Shown piece by piece: positions 1 to 14,960 of a stretch of DNA of 64,000 nt. Source of the stretch: the human T2T-CHM13v2.0 reference genome, Homo sapiens; assembly GCF_009914755.1 (NCBI RefSeq), contig NC_060947.1. One strand, written 5' to 3'. Position 1 is the first letter of the stretch. Every line of letters begins with the position of its first letter. Both the position numbers and the translations under genes were made by a program. The notes beneath the pieces are model-generated. The model did no database searches and had not been told where the DNA came from. It saw only the letters and a list, made by a program, of their open reading frames with translations.

Positions 1-240
1 AAGGCTTAGAAAACCTTGGTTTTAGCCTTCAGCACAACCACACTACACATTTTTTAGGGCAGGATGGTTGTATTCATCTCCTCCTTAATAAAAACATTTG
101 CCCAGAGCACGTAGTTAATACATATTTATTTGCTAGATTGAAAGTAGACATCATAACATCTAAATATTATCCAATTGTTTTCCTATTGCTAGAAAACAGG
201 AAGCACTGATGTTTTTGTGCTCTCATCAAACCAAAGCATG

Positions 241-258
241 CACACACACACACACACA
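241..258. repeat. (CA)n microsatellite
   Basis: CA run read directly from the sequence. Confidence 0.9.
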
Positions 259-1994
259 GAATTGTGAAAAATATTTGTATCTTAGAATTTCTTGTAAATA
301 TCTAGTCACTTATATTAACTCATTGCTTATAAGATAATTTAATTAACAAAATAATAATTAAACATCACTGTTGACAAAAAAATCATAATGACGTGCTATA
401 GTGTGTAAGGACTTTTTAAAATGATTTTACCTTCAAAGTTCTCACATATTTGTAAATCAAATAACGTGTCAGGATGCTGTCAAATCAACTGGTTAGGAGT
501 CATTCAGTTAACTTACTCTTCACTCAACTATCCCTGCATGATTACTGAGTATTGAAATGTCCTCTATTACTATTGGCAATAAAAGAGGTCAAGCTTTCAA
601 TTTGAAATATATTGGAGTTGACTTTTCAAGAGCATGTAAATATGAAATAAACCTTATTTATATTTATGTATTAAATTTTGCAAAGTGACATGCACACATG
701 AATAACATGTATTCCACAATGAACACCTGAATTTTAGGAGCAAGGAGTCCTTTTTTTCATTTGTTTTTAAAAGCCTTTTATGTATCTCAAACATATTCAT
801 CATACACATCAATTTATCAACTTAATTGATTCTCCCATACAACTTTTACTATCAATTTTTAAAACTCACAAGAATTTTATGGGCAGCTTTCACTAGTCAT
901 CACTATTTGAAAGTAGAATAAAAACCGGGGGAAAAAAATCACTTAGGGAAGATTAAACCGGTAAAAATGGTCAAGAACAATAGTTCAGTAATATCCTAAT
1001 CATATTAACATGATGCTATGACTTTTCTATTTGTATTTTTAAAGTTGATTTTATTTTAAATTAAAGGAAAAGTAAACAAAAAAAGGAAACCCGTTTCACA
1101 TCAAATAAATGATTCTTTTATAGAGGACATATTATATCCTAAAACAGCCACCTAAACTTAAAAAATAGATTTTGGAAAACATTAAGAACTTGGAGTCATT
1201 ACGTATATTTAATCCTTGTTTCAGTTAAGATAATATCCATCAACTTGCTACTGTGAAAGATGAGAATATTAGTGCTCACTTTCTCCCACCCACCTCTTGA
1301 TCTCTATACAAATTGTTACATTATCATGATCTATAAATTTTACATTCTGTTCTGCAACCATAGCTCCCACAATTGTTTATTATTAATTCTATTGTAAAGT
1401 GATATAATCATTTAATTTATTTTATTGATTCTCTTCCCAGATCTTCATTTTATTTTATTCAATTTTCCGAGATATAAATTATTGCTCCCCCAAACACAAA
1501 AGATAACAAAAAAATGCTAATGAGTATTCTACTCCTTTAGTTCTTTTATAATCGAAAATGGCTGTGGTCTTGATACTACAGTGATCCTGTATGTGATAAT
1601 CAATTTTACAATTACAGTTACCTTCAGAAATGTGTGGCCATTGGTCTGGATTTTTCCTCTTCAAAGTGATTTAAATTTTATGCTTGAATAACTAAACAAT
1701 TGTTTATCCTTCCATTTCAATAATTTAACCAGACAATGTCTTAGCGTTTCTTGGAATATGGTGCTTTTTCCAATTTTGGATTGGTCTTTCATTTCAGAGA
1801 ACTTGTTGTATATGTTTAAATCTTTGTTATTGGATTCCCTGATTCAGGTACATGGATTACTTTTATTTTGAATCATAATTGTCTACTTTCCATATCTATT
1901 ATTTTTTCTGTAATTGTTTTAATCTTTTTATTTATTGTTATCTGCATTGACTATGATTGTATTAGCCATCTTTCCATGTTAGTCATTCAATTTT

Positions 1995-2655
1995 TGTCAG
2001 AGGTGTTTGAACCGGAGTGACTCCATCTTGAATAGGGTCAGGGTAAAATAAGGCTGAGACCTACTGGGCTGCATTTCCAGGTGGTCAGACATTCTTAATC
2101 ACAGAATGGGATAACAGGTTGGAAGAACTAGTGTCACGATACAGGTCACAAAGACCCTGCTGATAAAACAGGATACGGCAAAGAAGCTGCCCCAAACCCA
2201 CTAAAACCAAGATGGCAATGAAAGTGACCTCTGGTCATCCCACTGCTCATTATATGCTAATTATAATGCATTAGCATGCTAAAAGACACTCCCACCAGCC
2301 CCATGATAGTTTACAAATGCCATGGCAATATCCAGAAGTTGCCCTATATAGTCTAAAGTGGGGGAGGAACCCATAGTTCTAGAAATTGCTCACCCCTTTC
2401 CTGGAATACTCATGAATAATTCACCCCTTGTTTAGCATGTAATCAAGAAATAACTATAAGTATATTTAGTCAAGTAGCCCATGCTGGTGCTCTGGTCTAT
2501 GAAGTAGCCATTGTTTTATTCTTTCACTTTCTTAATAAACTTGCTTTACTTTACTCTATGGACTTGCCCTGAATTCTTTCTTGTGTGAGTTCCAAGAACC
2601 CTCCCTTAGGGTCTAGATCTTATCAAAGGGGTCTAGAGACCCCTTTCTGATAACA
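1995..2655 (+). mobile_element. MER41B solo LTR (ERV1)
   Basis: TGTCAGAGG...TAACA termini; TTTT TSD at 1991-1994 and 2656-2659; B-type segments CTCATTATATGCTAATTATAATGC and GGAACCC..TTCCTGGAA. Confidence 0.85.
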
Positions 2656-2758
2656 TTTTCAGTCATTTTGATTTTGTCCCTCTTAGGATATTTATTTCTA
2701 ATTTATTTGTTCTGACTAGTATTTATTTTGTCCTCGATATATTCTTTCTTACGATTTG

Positions 2759-3377
2759 TGTTGGCACTTGGAAAATAAAACCCCCAAATATGGTGCTTTG
2801 ATATGCTAAACTAAAGAAGCAACCTCAAGATCTCTCTGACCTCCTCCCCAACTCCAACTCAACACTCTCTCTCCAAAGCACAGGATGAAACTGATCTCTG
2901 AAGTTCCTTTATCTACCTAGAATCTGGACCTATCAAAGAGCAACAAATTGCCTTCAATCCCTTCCCTGAAATTTCATTAACGAGAGAAGATTAAAACTCA
3001 TATCACAGAGGAAAGTATTGAAAATTAAACAACACATCTAGAGCCCAGATGAACTTTGTCCCAAACCATTGTTTGTTTGCTCATTCTATTCAGTTTCCAA
3101 AGAGAATCATTCACAAGATAATGTCTGCCTCCTGGGTCTGTTCATTCCCCCCTAAAAATCATTTACTCCTCCACTCCATTTCCCCTTCTCCTATGAAGAA
3201 GAGTATATAAGCATCTGCACCTCATTGGGTTATTGGGTAATTAATCTCCTGCAATTACTCCATGCTTTGCATGTTAACATAATTTTTATGCCTTTTCCCC
3301 TATTAATCTGACTATTGTCAGTTCATTTTCAGTGAAACTTTACAAAGCTAAGAGAAAGCTTTCCCTTGGGCCCTACA
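2759..3377 (+). mobile_element. MER39B-type 5' LTR of a provirus
   Basis: TGTTGG...CCCCAAATATGGTGCTTTG...TTCCCTTGGGCCCTACA; homologous to 14965-15557; followed by a degenerate PBS/leader. Confidence 0.8.
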
Positions 3378-3409
3378 GATTTTGCACTGTGAGCAAGATA
3401 ACCCCAAAC

Positions 3410-4149
3410 TGTTAGCAGCGGAACATATCTGAGTCATGCAGCACCAAAGTATGTTACCGGCAATTAATCCATATGGGACTGCACCAACTTCAATTCTTGC
3501 CTCCTCAGAAGAAAGAATTTGACTGAGGGGCATAAGGCAGAAGGAAAGACCAAGACAAGTTTTAGAGCAGGAGTAAACATTTATTAAAAAGCTTTAGAGC
3601 AGGAAGGAAAAGAAATAAATTACACTTGGAAGAGGGCCAAGCGGACAACTTGAGAGATGAAGTGTGCAGTTTAATCTTTTGACTTGGAGTTTTAAACATT
3701 GGCATGCTTCCAGGGTCTTGCGTCCTTTCTCCTTTGATTCTTCCTTTGGGGAGGGCTGTCCATATGTGCAGTGGCCTGCTAGCACTTGAGAGGGGCTGCA
3801 TGAGCAGTGTGTTTACTGGAGTTGTGTGCATGCTCACTTGAGGTGTTCTTCACTTACCAGTCGAGTGTCCCTAGAAGGTCATGTATCAGGTAAATGCCAC
3901 CATTTTGCCTCTTAATGTGCATGATTGAGGCCACTTGCCCAACTCCTGAGATCTTATCAGGAGGCGGCTGATCACCAGTTTCAGGTGTTTTCTATCTAGT
4001 GCCTTTCCCTAGCGCTGGCTGCAACCAATTATTATAGTAGCTTAACAACCACCTAACCATCACCTCATGGTCGCCTGACATTCATGGTGGGGGCGGCCCT
4101 TCTCCTGCCCTGCTCGTGTCTGGTGTCTGACTAGCTACCTACTATAACA
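3410..4149 (-). mobile_element. MER50 solo LTR inserted in the provirus leader
   Basis: Reverse complement of the recalled MER50 consensus; TG...CA ends; AAAC TSD at 3406-3409 and 4150-4153. Confidence 0.8.
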
Positions 4150-7100
4150 AAACCACTCTGCTCTTCTGGAAGTTATAGTCAAGGGAACCCAGGACCTGAC
4201 AAGCCTGCAAAAAGGGAAAGAATTTCTTACCAATCAGATTCCTGGGTGTCTATCTGTGGAATCTGATCAAGCAGAAGGTAAAAATCACTGTTTATCTCTT
4301 TTTTTTTTTCCTTTTCAAGTTCAGATTAATAGGAGAAATGCGTTTGTATGAAAAAGTCCTTACGTTTAGTGACTCTGGTGTAGTTTTATCATGGGGGTTG
4401 CAACCCATTTTTAAAATGCCACTTATGTTCCTGGTATTCAAGCCTGGCTAGTTACCTCTGGGACTTTCCATAAAGAAGGTTTATTGGCTTGAGTCACTTT
4501 TAAAATAAATAAATTAGCTATATTTAAAAGAATAAAAGAAAACTTTTCAGAGAGCGCTCATCTTAAACAGCTATCTCATTGGTACCTATGAAAAGATGCA
4601 ACAGAAATATAACCTTAAATACTTCCTTGACAAGATTTTTAAAAAGCAGAAATCAGATTTAAAACAAAATTAACATTTTTTGAACACTCAAACTGCTCAC
4701 TTTGGATTTCCTGTGGGATTTGCAAAAAGGCACTTCAGCCTGTGGTTAGGATTTGGTGCCAAGGACTGGGTTCAATTCCCAACCAGGAAACCAGTCCCTT
4801 AGAAATGTAAATCCTTTAACTCGGAAAAAAAGAGAAACATTTATAAGAATTAGTTTGAATTATTTGTTTTGAGTTTATATTAGTATGACTTTTAACTTTT
4901 GGGGGGTACCCATTCATTTGTAATCCTTTCTTTCCCCATGGACATCTTTTGATTTCCTGTTTATCTTACCAGCTGTTTGTTTCTTTTAATTTACCATCTA
5001 TCGGGGCACACAGGTTGTTAGACTATTGTGTGCAGACAGTTAGCTGAGAGGTTGAGACCCCAGAGAATATAGCTGGACAGAGAAGTGGGTTGCACCCCAC
5101 TGTGGCTAGCAAAACTTTCCTTTCTTTAAGCCGTGGTTGAGAGTGGAAGGGTTACAGCTTTTTGCTTCCTCTTTGGAGATGTTGGTTAAGGCCATAAAGG
5201 ACTTCATGGTTTTGGTTTCATGTGTATTTATTTGTTTTGGTTTTGAGTCATTTGAAGGTATGCCTTTGATTTAAAACTTTGGTTTATATTTAGAGCATGA
5301 TAGCAACTATTTTTCCCACTTATCCCACTTTCTCTTCTGGAGCAGAGAGATAGGCCTCCCGCTGAAATTCAGCCAGCTTCTCCCAGGTGTAGGGAGTGAA
5401 GGGTGATCCTGCTCCCACCATTCAGGTGAAATGCTGGCTGCTCACAATATGGCAAAATGTTTGCTGCTTGTCCTAGATGAAAACCTAATAATAAGATATT
5501 TATAATATTTTTTAAAAAGCTCTATAATCAAAAGTCAGCTTAATTGAAAACTGACAATCATGCCAAATATATATCTTTAAGGCTTACCCCATTTCTCTAT
5601 GTTGGGTTTTTGCTTCTCCCCACAGGAACTTCTTAGTTGACTAGATCCCTTTTTCTCAAACTCCTGCTAACTAGAACTTCATTGACCTTTTGGGAAGTGT
5701 AGAAACTCCCCAGACGGGTTCCTCTAAAACTTGTTCTCCCATTCACTTCTGTCCCTCCTTCCTCTTGCCACTTTTGATATCATATAAAGGGATCTAAAGG
5801 AGACATCCAGAAATCATGAGGCCCCTTGAGGAATACAAAAAAAGGTACCACTAACTCCCCTTTTACTGGGGGTCATCTGCCTTCCTCACAGAATCCTGAA
5901 AGTGGTAGCCAGGTTCCTCTCAGGCCTAAAGCTTTGCTCTCTTTTGCATTGAATTCCTTGAACTCTTTGGCTTTTAGATGCATACATGTATACACATATG
6001 TGTTGCATGTTGTGTCTACATGTATGTATATGTCTATGTGTTTGTATGTTTTCTACATGGCACCAAATTGACTTAAAAATAAACAGTCATAAATAACTAG
6101 CCCAAATACTTTTCTAGTTCATGTGACTTTAATAAATCTTTGGTAAGTAAAGCTAGTTTTAAAATTGTTAGTAAAATAAAAATGCCTTCAAAATTTAATT
6201 TAGACATTTTTGCTTGGGTCTACTGTTCAGACAGATTTATGATTTCTCTGCTAGATGTTTTCAGGTCATAAAACTATTGCTTCTGTGATATTTTTGATAC
6301 TGCTTGATTTGTCTGTGAGCAAAAGCTGTGACAGCTGGCTGTTGGGCTCCCCCAAAGCCTTGCAGACATCTTGTTGCTAGTTTATGTCTTTGATTTTGAG
6401 CTTCTGAATTCTGTCTGGATAGGTGGCCATAGTGAGGTCTGGGAGCATATGTGTGTCTGTGGCTCCTGGGACACCAGCTGTAAGGCAGAGCCAGGTCCAG
6501 TGTGGCCCTGATGTCCCTGGTCTAGCTCTGCCTCCTGGCCATTCTGGAAGGGGTTGCATCCTTGAGGCATTGTCTTCACAGCTCTGCCATCTGTCCTGGA
6601 ATTCGTATCTGAGATGTAAATTTAGGACCCAGACGCCCTTCCCTTCATAGCTGCTCTTAGTGACATGTGAGTACTTGAGACCCAGGATGACAGTGGAGAA
6701 GGGGGTACATTAGAGAAAGTACCTATTTCTGGTATCTCAAAGGCCTTGGTTAAGATGGGATTGACTAATGCAGAGTTAACATAATTTTGCTTTTCTCAAA
6801 AGGGGAAAAAAATAACGTAAGTGGCTAGCTTAATTTTCCATGAGCAATCCAAATATAATTGTTAAGAATGATTACATTTGCTAAATCTAAATGGGATAAA
6901 CATTTATAAATAAACTTGTCATAGTTTCAAAAGTCTTTCTAGTAATTTAAAGACTTAAAGTCAAATTTTGTTAAGTAATAATCGTGAAATGTCTGAGTCA
7001 TTTCTAGGAAAAATAAAATACAAATATATTAATTGCTAAACATATGTTCAAGTTTATTTACTTTTAGTTTCTTAAAATTTATGAAAAAGGGAAGGGCTTC

Positions 7101-8790
7101 AAGATGGCTGACTAGAGGCAGCTGGCACTTGCCTCCTCCACAATGAAGAACCAAAATAGCAAGTAGATAATCAAACTTCAAATAGATCATATAAGAGATA
7201 AAACTGGAATTCTACAAAGCAGTGTCAGAAAACACTTAAACCAAGGAAGGAGAGGGAAGCAGGGCCACCTGCTCAGCTGGAATTAGCTGGGAGCCTGAAG
7301 AAGCTCCCCGGTAACAGGAAAGGGTAAGTGAGTGACCCACAGCAGTCCACATTTCCACCATGATGCTTGCATCCTAGCCACGGAAAAGTCCCTAGACCCT
7401 CATAGCCCCATGGCTAACATAGGGAGCTGCCTGGAGACTGTGCGGAAGCATTGCTCCAAAGAGAGGGTTCACAGAGGATGTCACAAACTCCCTGAGTTCT
7501 AACAAGCTACAGCAAAGGGCAATATTGAGAACTCAGTCCCTACCAGATTGCATCCAGACCAGGGGCCCAACAGCTCCTGCATCTCCACATCTCTAAGCCC
7601 CATTGACATTCCCTGCCCACAGCAACTACTGCAGCTGTCTACTGCCTCCAGGGCTGAAGCACAAGTCACTGGCAAAGACCACGCTATCTCCAGCAGCAAA
7701 GCCTCCACAAATTTTCACACATCCTGAAGACAAACTTTCTCATCCTTAGCAGCCACTGCTACAGGATGCCAGAGCTGTGGCCAAAGCACAGCTAAAGTGC
7801 ATGCTCCCCAGCTGCCTGCATGTGGCAGCTGCCACTGAAAGCAGCCCCGCCCTCCCCAGTAGCAAGGCTATAGTACAGCCACTGTTGCCCTCATTCAAGC
7901 ATTCTACCTTGGGCCTGGGAATTATCCCACTCCTGCATACCACAACCAGTGCCTGCATGCATCACTGGAGGCCTGAGGACATGTCTGCCTGGCCCAGCTC
8001 CACCCACCCAACCCCAGGTCCCAAGCCCACTCACCAGGGTCCTGGGGACCAGCCCACTACAGCCAACTCCAGCACAGACCACTAGGGACTCAGAGGATAA
8101 TCCCACTATTGGAACTGACCTCACCCATGCCATGCCCATTGCCCAGGGACCCGAGAGCCCAGCCACCTGTCCACCTCACTGCTGCCACTACTGGCACCCA
8201 AGCAAGTCACCTGGAGACCCAGGAATTGGTTCACCTATACCTACTAACAGTGGTGCCAGCATATGCTACCCTGGAGCTGAAGATCAGGCATGCTCAGTCC
8301 AATGCTGCCACCACTGGGACTTGAGGACAGGCCCACCAGATGTCCCAGTCCCCAGCAAATCATCATCACAGCTTCCACTAACAACTGCACCATAAGTCAT
8401 TGAGGAAATCATAGATACCACTGATGCTGTTCACAGCTGAAGAAATCATATGGAGACTACTTTACTGCACACACTCAGAATCAAAACCAAAGTGCCCTAC
8501 CCAACCAACACAATAGATGTATCTTCAAGAAAATGACCTCCCCTACAGAAGCAAATTCAGAAAATTGAAAGAAGCAACTGTTACACGAGATATACAGATA
8601 TCAATATAAGGACACAAGAAACGTGAAAAAGCAAGAAAATATGGCAAATCCAAAGAAACACAATAATTCTCCAGCAACAGATGCCAATCAAAAAGAAATT
8701 TATGAAACCTTGGATAAAGAATTCCAAATAAAATAATAAAGCATCTGAGTGAAATACAAAGGAATACTTAAAATTAATACAATAAAATCA

Positions 8791-9104
<314 letters not shown>

Positions 9105-11491
9105 AAAAAATTCAGAACACGAATGAGAAATCACCAAAAAGAAAGATATCAAAAACCACACAAAAATTCTGAAACTGAAGAATTTTAAATCTCAGAACAT
9201 GCACAATGGTCTTTTGAAATAACCTAGTCAGTCAAAAATAAAGAAAAAATTAAAAAAGATTTAGAAAAGCCCTCATGACACATGAGACACCATAAATCAG
9301 TTCAACATATGCAAATCAATATATACAAATCAGCATATGCAAATCAATAAATGCAACACAACACATGAATCTCTGGGATGAATAAAAATACAAAAACATC
9401 AACAGAATGAAGGACAAAAACCATATGACTATCTCAGTAGGTGCAGAAAAAGCATTTAATAAAATTCAACATCCTTTCATGACAAAAACTCTCAACAAAC
9501 TAGGCATAGAAGGAACATACCTTAACATAATGAAGGCCATGTATGATAAACCCATGGCTGTCATCATACTGAATGGGGAAAAGCTAAAAGCCTTTCCTCT
9601 AAGAATGGAACAAGTATGCCTACTTTCACCACTCTTATTTGATATAGTACTTGAGTTTCTAGCCAGAGCAATTAGGCAATAGAAAAAAATTTTATCAAAA
9701 TTGAAAAATAAGAACTCAAATGTACCTTTTTGCCAATGACATGATCTTATATCTAGAAATACCTAAAGACACCACCAAAAACCTCTCAGATCTGATAAAT
9801 AAATTCAGTAAAGTTTCAGAATACAAAATCAATATACAAAAATTAGTAGTGTTTCTATACACCATTAATGAACTGCTTGAGAAGGAAATCAAGAAGGCAG
9901 TTCCATTAACAATAGCTATAAAAAGTTAGAAATAAATTTAACCAAGTAGGTAAAAGATCTGTACAAGGAAAACTAAAAAATGCTGATGAAAAGAATTGAA
10001 GAGGACACAAACGAATGGAAAGACATTCCATGCCCATGGATCAGAATAATTAATGTCATTAAAATGCCCATACTTCACAAAACGATCTACAGTTTCAATG
10101 CAATCCCTGTCAAAATACCAATGCCATTTTTCACAAAATTAGAAAAAACAATCTTAACACTTGTATGGAATAAAAAACGAGCCCAAATAGTCAGTGCAAT
10201 CCTGAGCAACACTAACAAGGCTGGAGGCATCATGCTACCTGGCTTCAAAGTATATTATAAGGCTATAGTAACCAAAACAGCATGGTATTGTTGTAAAAAC
10301 AAACATAGGCAAATGAAAGAGAATAAAGAACCCAGAAATAAATTCACATATTTACAGCCAACTGATTTCAACGAAGGTGCCAAAAACATTCAGTGGGAAA
10401 AGGACACACTCTTCAGTAAATGGTGCTGGGAAAAATGGATATCCATATACATTAGAAGAAAACTGGACCTCTGTCTCTCATCGTATACAAAAATCAACTC
10501 AAGATGGATTAAAGGCTTAAATGTAAGACCTGAAACTGTAAAACTATTAGAAGAAAATATGCAGAAGACATTTCAGGATATTGAGCTAGGCAAAGATTCT
10601 ATTGCTACGACCTCAAAAGCACAGACAACAAAATCAAAAATAGATAAATGGTACGATATTAAACTAAAAAGCTTCTGCACAGCAAAAGAAACAACAGAGT
10701 GAAGAGACAAACCATTGAATGGGAGAAAATATTTGCGAACCATTCATCCAACAAGGGACTAATATCCAGAATATATAAGGAGCTCAAATAACAGGAAAAA
10801 AAAATAATGCTATTAAAAGGCAGGTAAAAGACATGAATAGACACTTCTCAAAAGAAAACATACAAATGGCCAACAAGTATATGAGAAAATGCTCAACATC
10901 ACTAATCATCAGGGAAATGCAAATCAAAACCACAATGAGATATCACCTCAACCCAGTTCGAATGGCTATTACTAAAAAGACAAAAAATAACAGATGCTGG
11001 TGAAGATGCAGAGAAAAGGGAACTCTTATAAACTAAGTTGGAATGTAAAGTAGTACAGTCATTATGGATAACAGTATGGAGATTTCTCAAAAAATTAAAA
11101 ATAGAACTACAATATGATCCAGCAATCCCACTACTGGGCATTTCTCCAAAGAAAAAGAAATCAGTATATCAAAGGGATACCTGCACACCCATGTTTATTG
11201 AAGCACTATTCACAATGGCAAAGATATGGAATCAACCCAAGTGTCCATCCATGGATGAATGGATAAATAAAATGTGATATATAGATATATAGATATACAC
11301 ACACACGATGGAATACTCTTTGGCCATAAAAAAGAATGAAATCATGTCATTTGCAGCAACATGGATGGAACTGGAGGTCATCGTGTTAAGTGAAATAAGC
11401 CAGGCATAAAAAGACAAATATCTCATGTTCATGCTCATATGTGGTAGCTAGAGAAATTCATTTCATGGTGGTAGAGAATAGAATGATATAA

Positions 11492-11587
11492 ACCAGAGGC
11501 TGGGAAGGGTTTGGAGGAGAAGGATAAATAGAGGTTGTTACCAGAGGCTGGGAAGGGTTTGGAGGAGAAGGATAAACAGAGGTTGGT
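11492..11587. repeat. 48-bp tandem duplication inside the L1 3'UTR
   Basis: ACCAGAGGCTGGGAAGGGTTTGGAGGAGAAGGATAAA(T/C)AGAGGTTG.. occurs twice. Confidence 0.9.
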
Positions 11588-12701
11588 TGGTGGGTACAAA
11601 CATACAGTTAGATGGAAGAAATAAGTTCTAATGTTTGAGAGCAGAGTAGATTGACTATAGATAACAACAATGCATTTTATATTTCAAAATAGCTAAAAGA
11701 GAGGACTTGAAATATTCGCAACACATAGAAATGATAAATACTCGAGGTGATGGACATCCCACTACCTCAATTTTATTATACAGTCTATGCATGTAACAAA
11801 GTATCACGTGTGCCCCATAAATATGTACAATTTGTATCAATAAAAATTCATGAAAAGACCAAATATATTCAGGTTTGCTAGTAAATATATCCTTTTCCAT
11901 AAAAATTGATAAATCATATTTTCCTAAAAATTATAAAATATGTATTTATAAAATGTTTTGGTACATAAAAATGAAAGTTGCTTGCTTCATATGTCTCTGA
12001 CTGAAAATTAGGGTTCCTAGAAGTTACAATTTTAATTAACATATCTAGTTGGAACTACTAGACATAAAAGAAACAGTTCTGTATACAGCATACACACAAA
12101 AATAGAGCTGATTTTTGGTGATGAAAGTTATAAGAAAGACATGAGGATGTGTTTTTTGTCCTTTTGTAACAGGACACAATTGGATATACTGGTTATTTTA
12201 CCAAGGTTTTGACTGGAATGTTATATTTTCAGATGTGACCAGACTGCTTTGTGATATTGAGGTCGACTCCTTGGGAAGCAAAAAAATAAAAAAATTTAAA
12301 AAATTAAATCCCCTGGAAAAACTGGCCTGATACCTTAAATATGCAGTTCACCTGGTTGCCTTTATAGGAGGGCAAAGAATGTCATTTTCTAGAAGGCCCA
12401 AGAACTTGAGAGTATTTTGGGGACCTCAAAAAGAGAAGTATTCACCCAATTTGTACAAGTATTACAGAATCATTCTGATGGCAATCCTTAGCTTGACTCT
12501 TTACCCTCAAGAGACTTTTTAAAAAAGTTTAATCCAAGATTTCTTATGAATAGTTTCAGCTAAGCCAATCTACAAAAAGCCTGTATGAACAATAACTGTC
12601 TTTGCTGTACTTTATTCAAATAATCAGGTGAAGTATAATATGACTAGAGCTTATTTTGCAAATAAATTGGTCTTTCTTTGATTTGTCTTTGGTAGAAATG
12701 A

Positions 12702-13103
<402 letters not shown>

Positions 13104-13718
13104 AGCTCATTGTTTTTGAGATTTTGTTACCTGCAACTTGAACTGGATCTGAATTTCTTATACTTTCCTCCAATACCTGGCTGAGTCTTTAATGTTTTCC
13201 ATGTTTTTCTCCCACACTTCTGACTGGGAATTGCTAAAATTTAAAACTGCCTTTTTCCTGAGGCTGAAACTAGTCAACTTGGCTTTGAAGAAAAATCCCC
13301 ACAACAGCTTATATGTGAACAAACTTTGTACACACAAACTGCAAACCAGAAAAATCTGTCAGATTGCCACTAATCTTCTCAACTGAATGCCCTCCAGACT
13401 CTGGAGAAACTAGCTTACAGACTACTCCAGACATTAACCTTTGTTTTTCTTCTGTTTCCATAGAAATGTCTCTTATTAACGATCTGTTTGCTGGCATCAT
13501 ATATAAAGGCCTAGCTTTGAGAGCCCATCTACAGCACCATCTCCTGAAATGAGATGTAGCATTTTAATTGGACTGGCCTATTCCCAAAAATGAAAGACTG
13601 GTTTAATGGGATCTTTTGCCACTCAGCTCCTGACACAATTTTTTTCTCCACAGCCGTGAACTCAACTTTTAATGTATGAGTCTTCTAGGGAAGTTTCAGC
13701 CTGTGTAATGTTAGAGTG

Positions 13719-14960
13719 TGTGAGCCCTGAATATCTGAGATGGGTCTCAGTTAATTTAGAAAGTTTATATTGCCAAGATTGAGGACATGCACCCATGACA
13801 CAGCCTCAGGAAGTCCTGATGACATGTGCCCAAGGTGGTCAGAGCACAGCTTGGTTTTATACATTTTAGGGAGACATGAGGCATCAATCAACATACGTAA
13901 GATGAACATTGGTTCGATCCAGAAAGATGGAACAACTTGAAGCAAAGGCGGGACAACTCAAAGCAGGGGAGGGAGCTTTCCAGGTCAAGGTAGATAAAAG
14001 ACAAATGGTTGCATTCTTTTGAGTTTCTGATTAGCCTCTCCAAAGGAGGTAATCAGATATGCATTTATCTCAGGGAGCAGAGGGGTGACTTTCAATAGAA
14101 TGGGAGGCAGGTTGGCCCTAAGCAGTTCCCAGTGAGAGACAGGACTAGCAGTATTTCCTAGGCTGACTAAGAATTCCTAAACCTAGCTGTGGAAGGTGAC
14201 CGCACCCACCTTTAAACACGGGCTTGTAACTCAGCTCACACCTGACCAATCAGGTAGTAAAGAGGCCTCACCAAAATACAAATTAGGCTAAAGCAGGAGG
14301 TAAAGAAATAGTCAAATCATTTATCGCCTGAGAGCATAGGGGGAGGGACAGTGATCGGGATATAAACCCAGGCATTCGAGCAGGGAGTGGACAACCCCCT
14401 TTGGGTCCCCTCCCATTGTATGGGAGCTCTCTTTTCACTCTATTAGATCTTGCAACTGCACACTCTTCTGGTGCGTGTTTGTTACGGCTTGAGCTGAGCT
14501 TTCGCTTGCCGTCCACCACTGCTGTTCGCCGCCGTCCCAGACCCGCCGTTGACTTCCACCCCTCCTCCGGATCCGGCAGGATGTCCACTGCACTCCTGAT
14601 CCAGCGAGGTGTCCATTGATGCTCCCGATCGGGCTAAAGACTCACCATTGTTCCTGCACGGCTAAGTGCTCAGGTTCGTCCTAATTGAGCTGAACACTAG
14701 TCACTGGGTTCCATGGTTCTCTTCCGTGACCCATGGCTTCTAATAGAGCTATAACACTCACCGTATGGCCCAAGGTTAAATTCCTTGGAATCTGTGAGGC
14801 CAAGAACCCCAAGTCAGAGAACAAAAGGCTTGCCGCCATCTTGGGAGCGGCCCACCGCATCTTGGGAGCTCTAAGAACAAAGACCATCCCGTAACACCAG
14901 CTTGACTTTTCCCTTTAGCTTAGTGATTTGGGGGTCCCAATATTTATTTTTCCCTTCACA
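13719..14960 (-). mobile_element. MER4A/MER4A1 solo LTR interrupted by LTR17
   Basis: Two pieces (13719-14132 and 14901-14960) join into the MER4A reverse complement; TSD AGTG / GGTG. Confidence 0.8.
14133..14896 (+). mobile_element. LTR17 (HERV-W) complete solo LTR
   Basis: TGAGAGACAGGACTAGC...GTAACA; CCAAT at 14246; TATAAA at 14361; perfect CCAG TSD at 14129-14132 and 14897-14900. Confidence 0.9.

Noticed and set aside
7499-8395. Cluster of GC-rich, Pro/Ala-rich ORFs as a gene or CpG island
   Set aside because: Lies in the old L1 5'UTR; it is CpG-depleted and the ORFs are compositional artefacts
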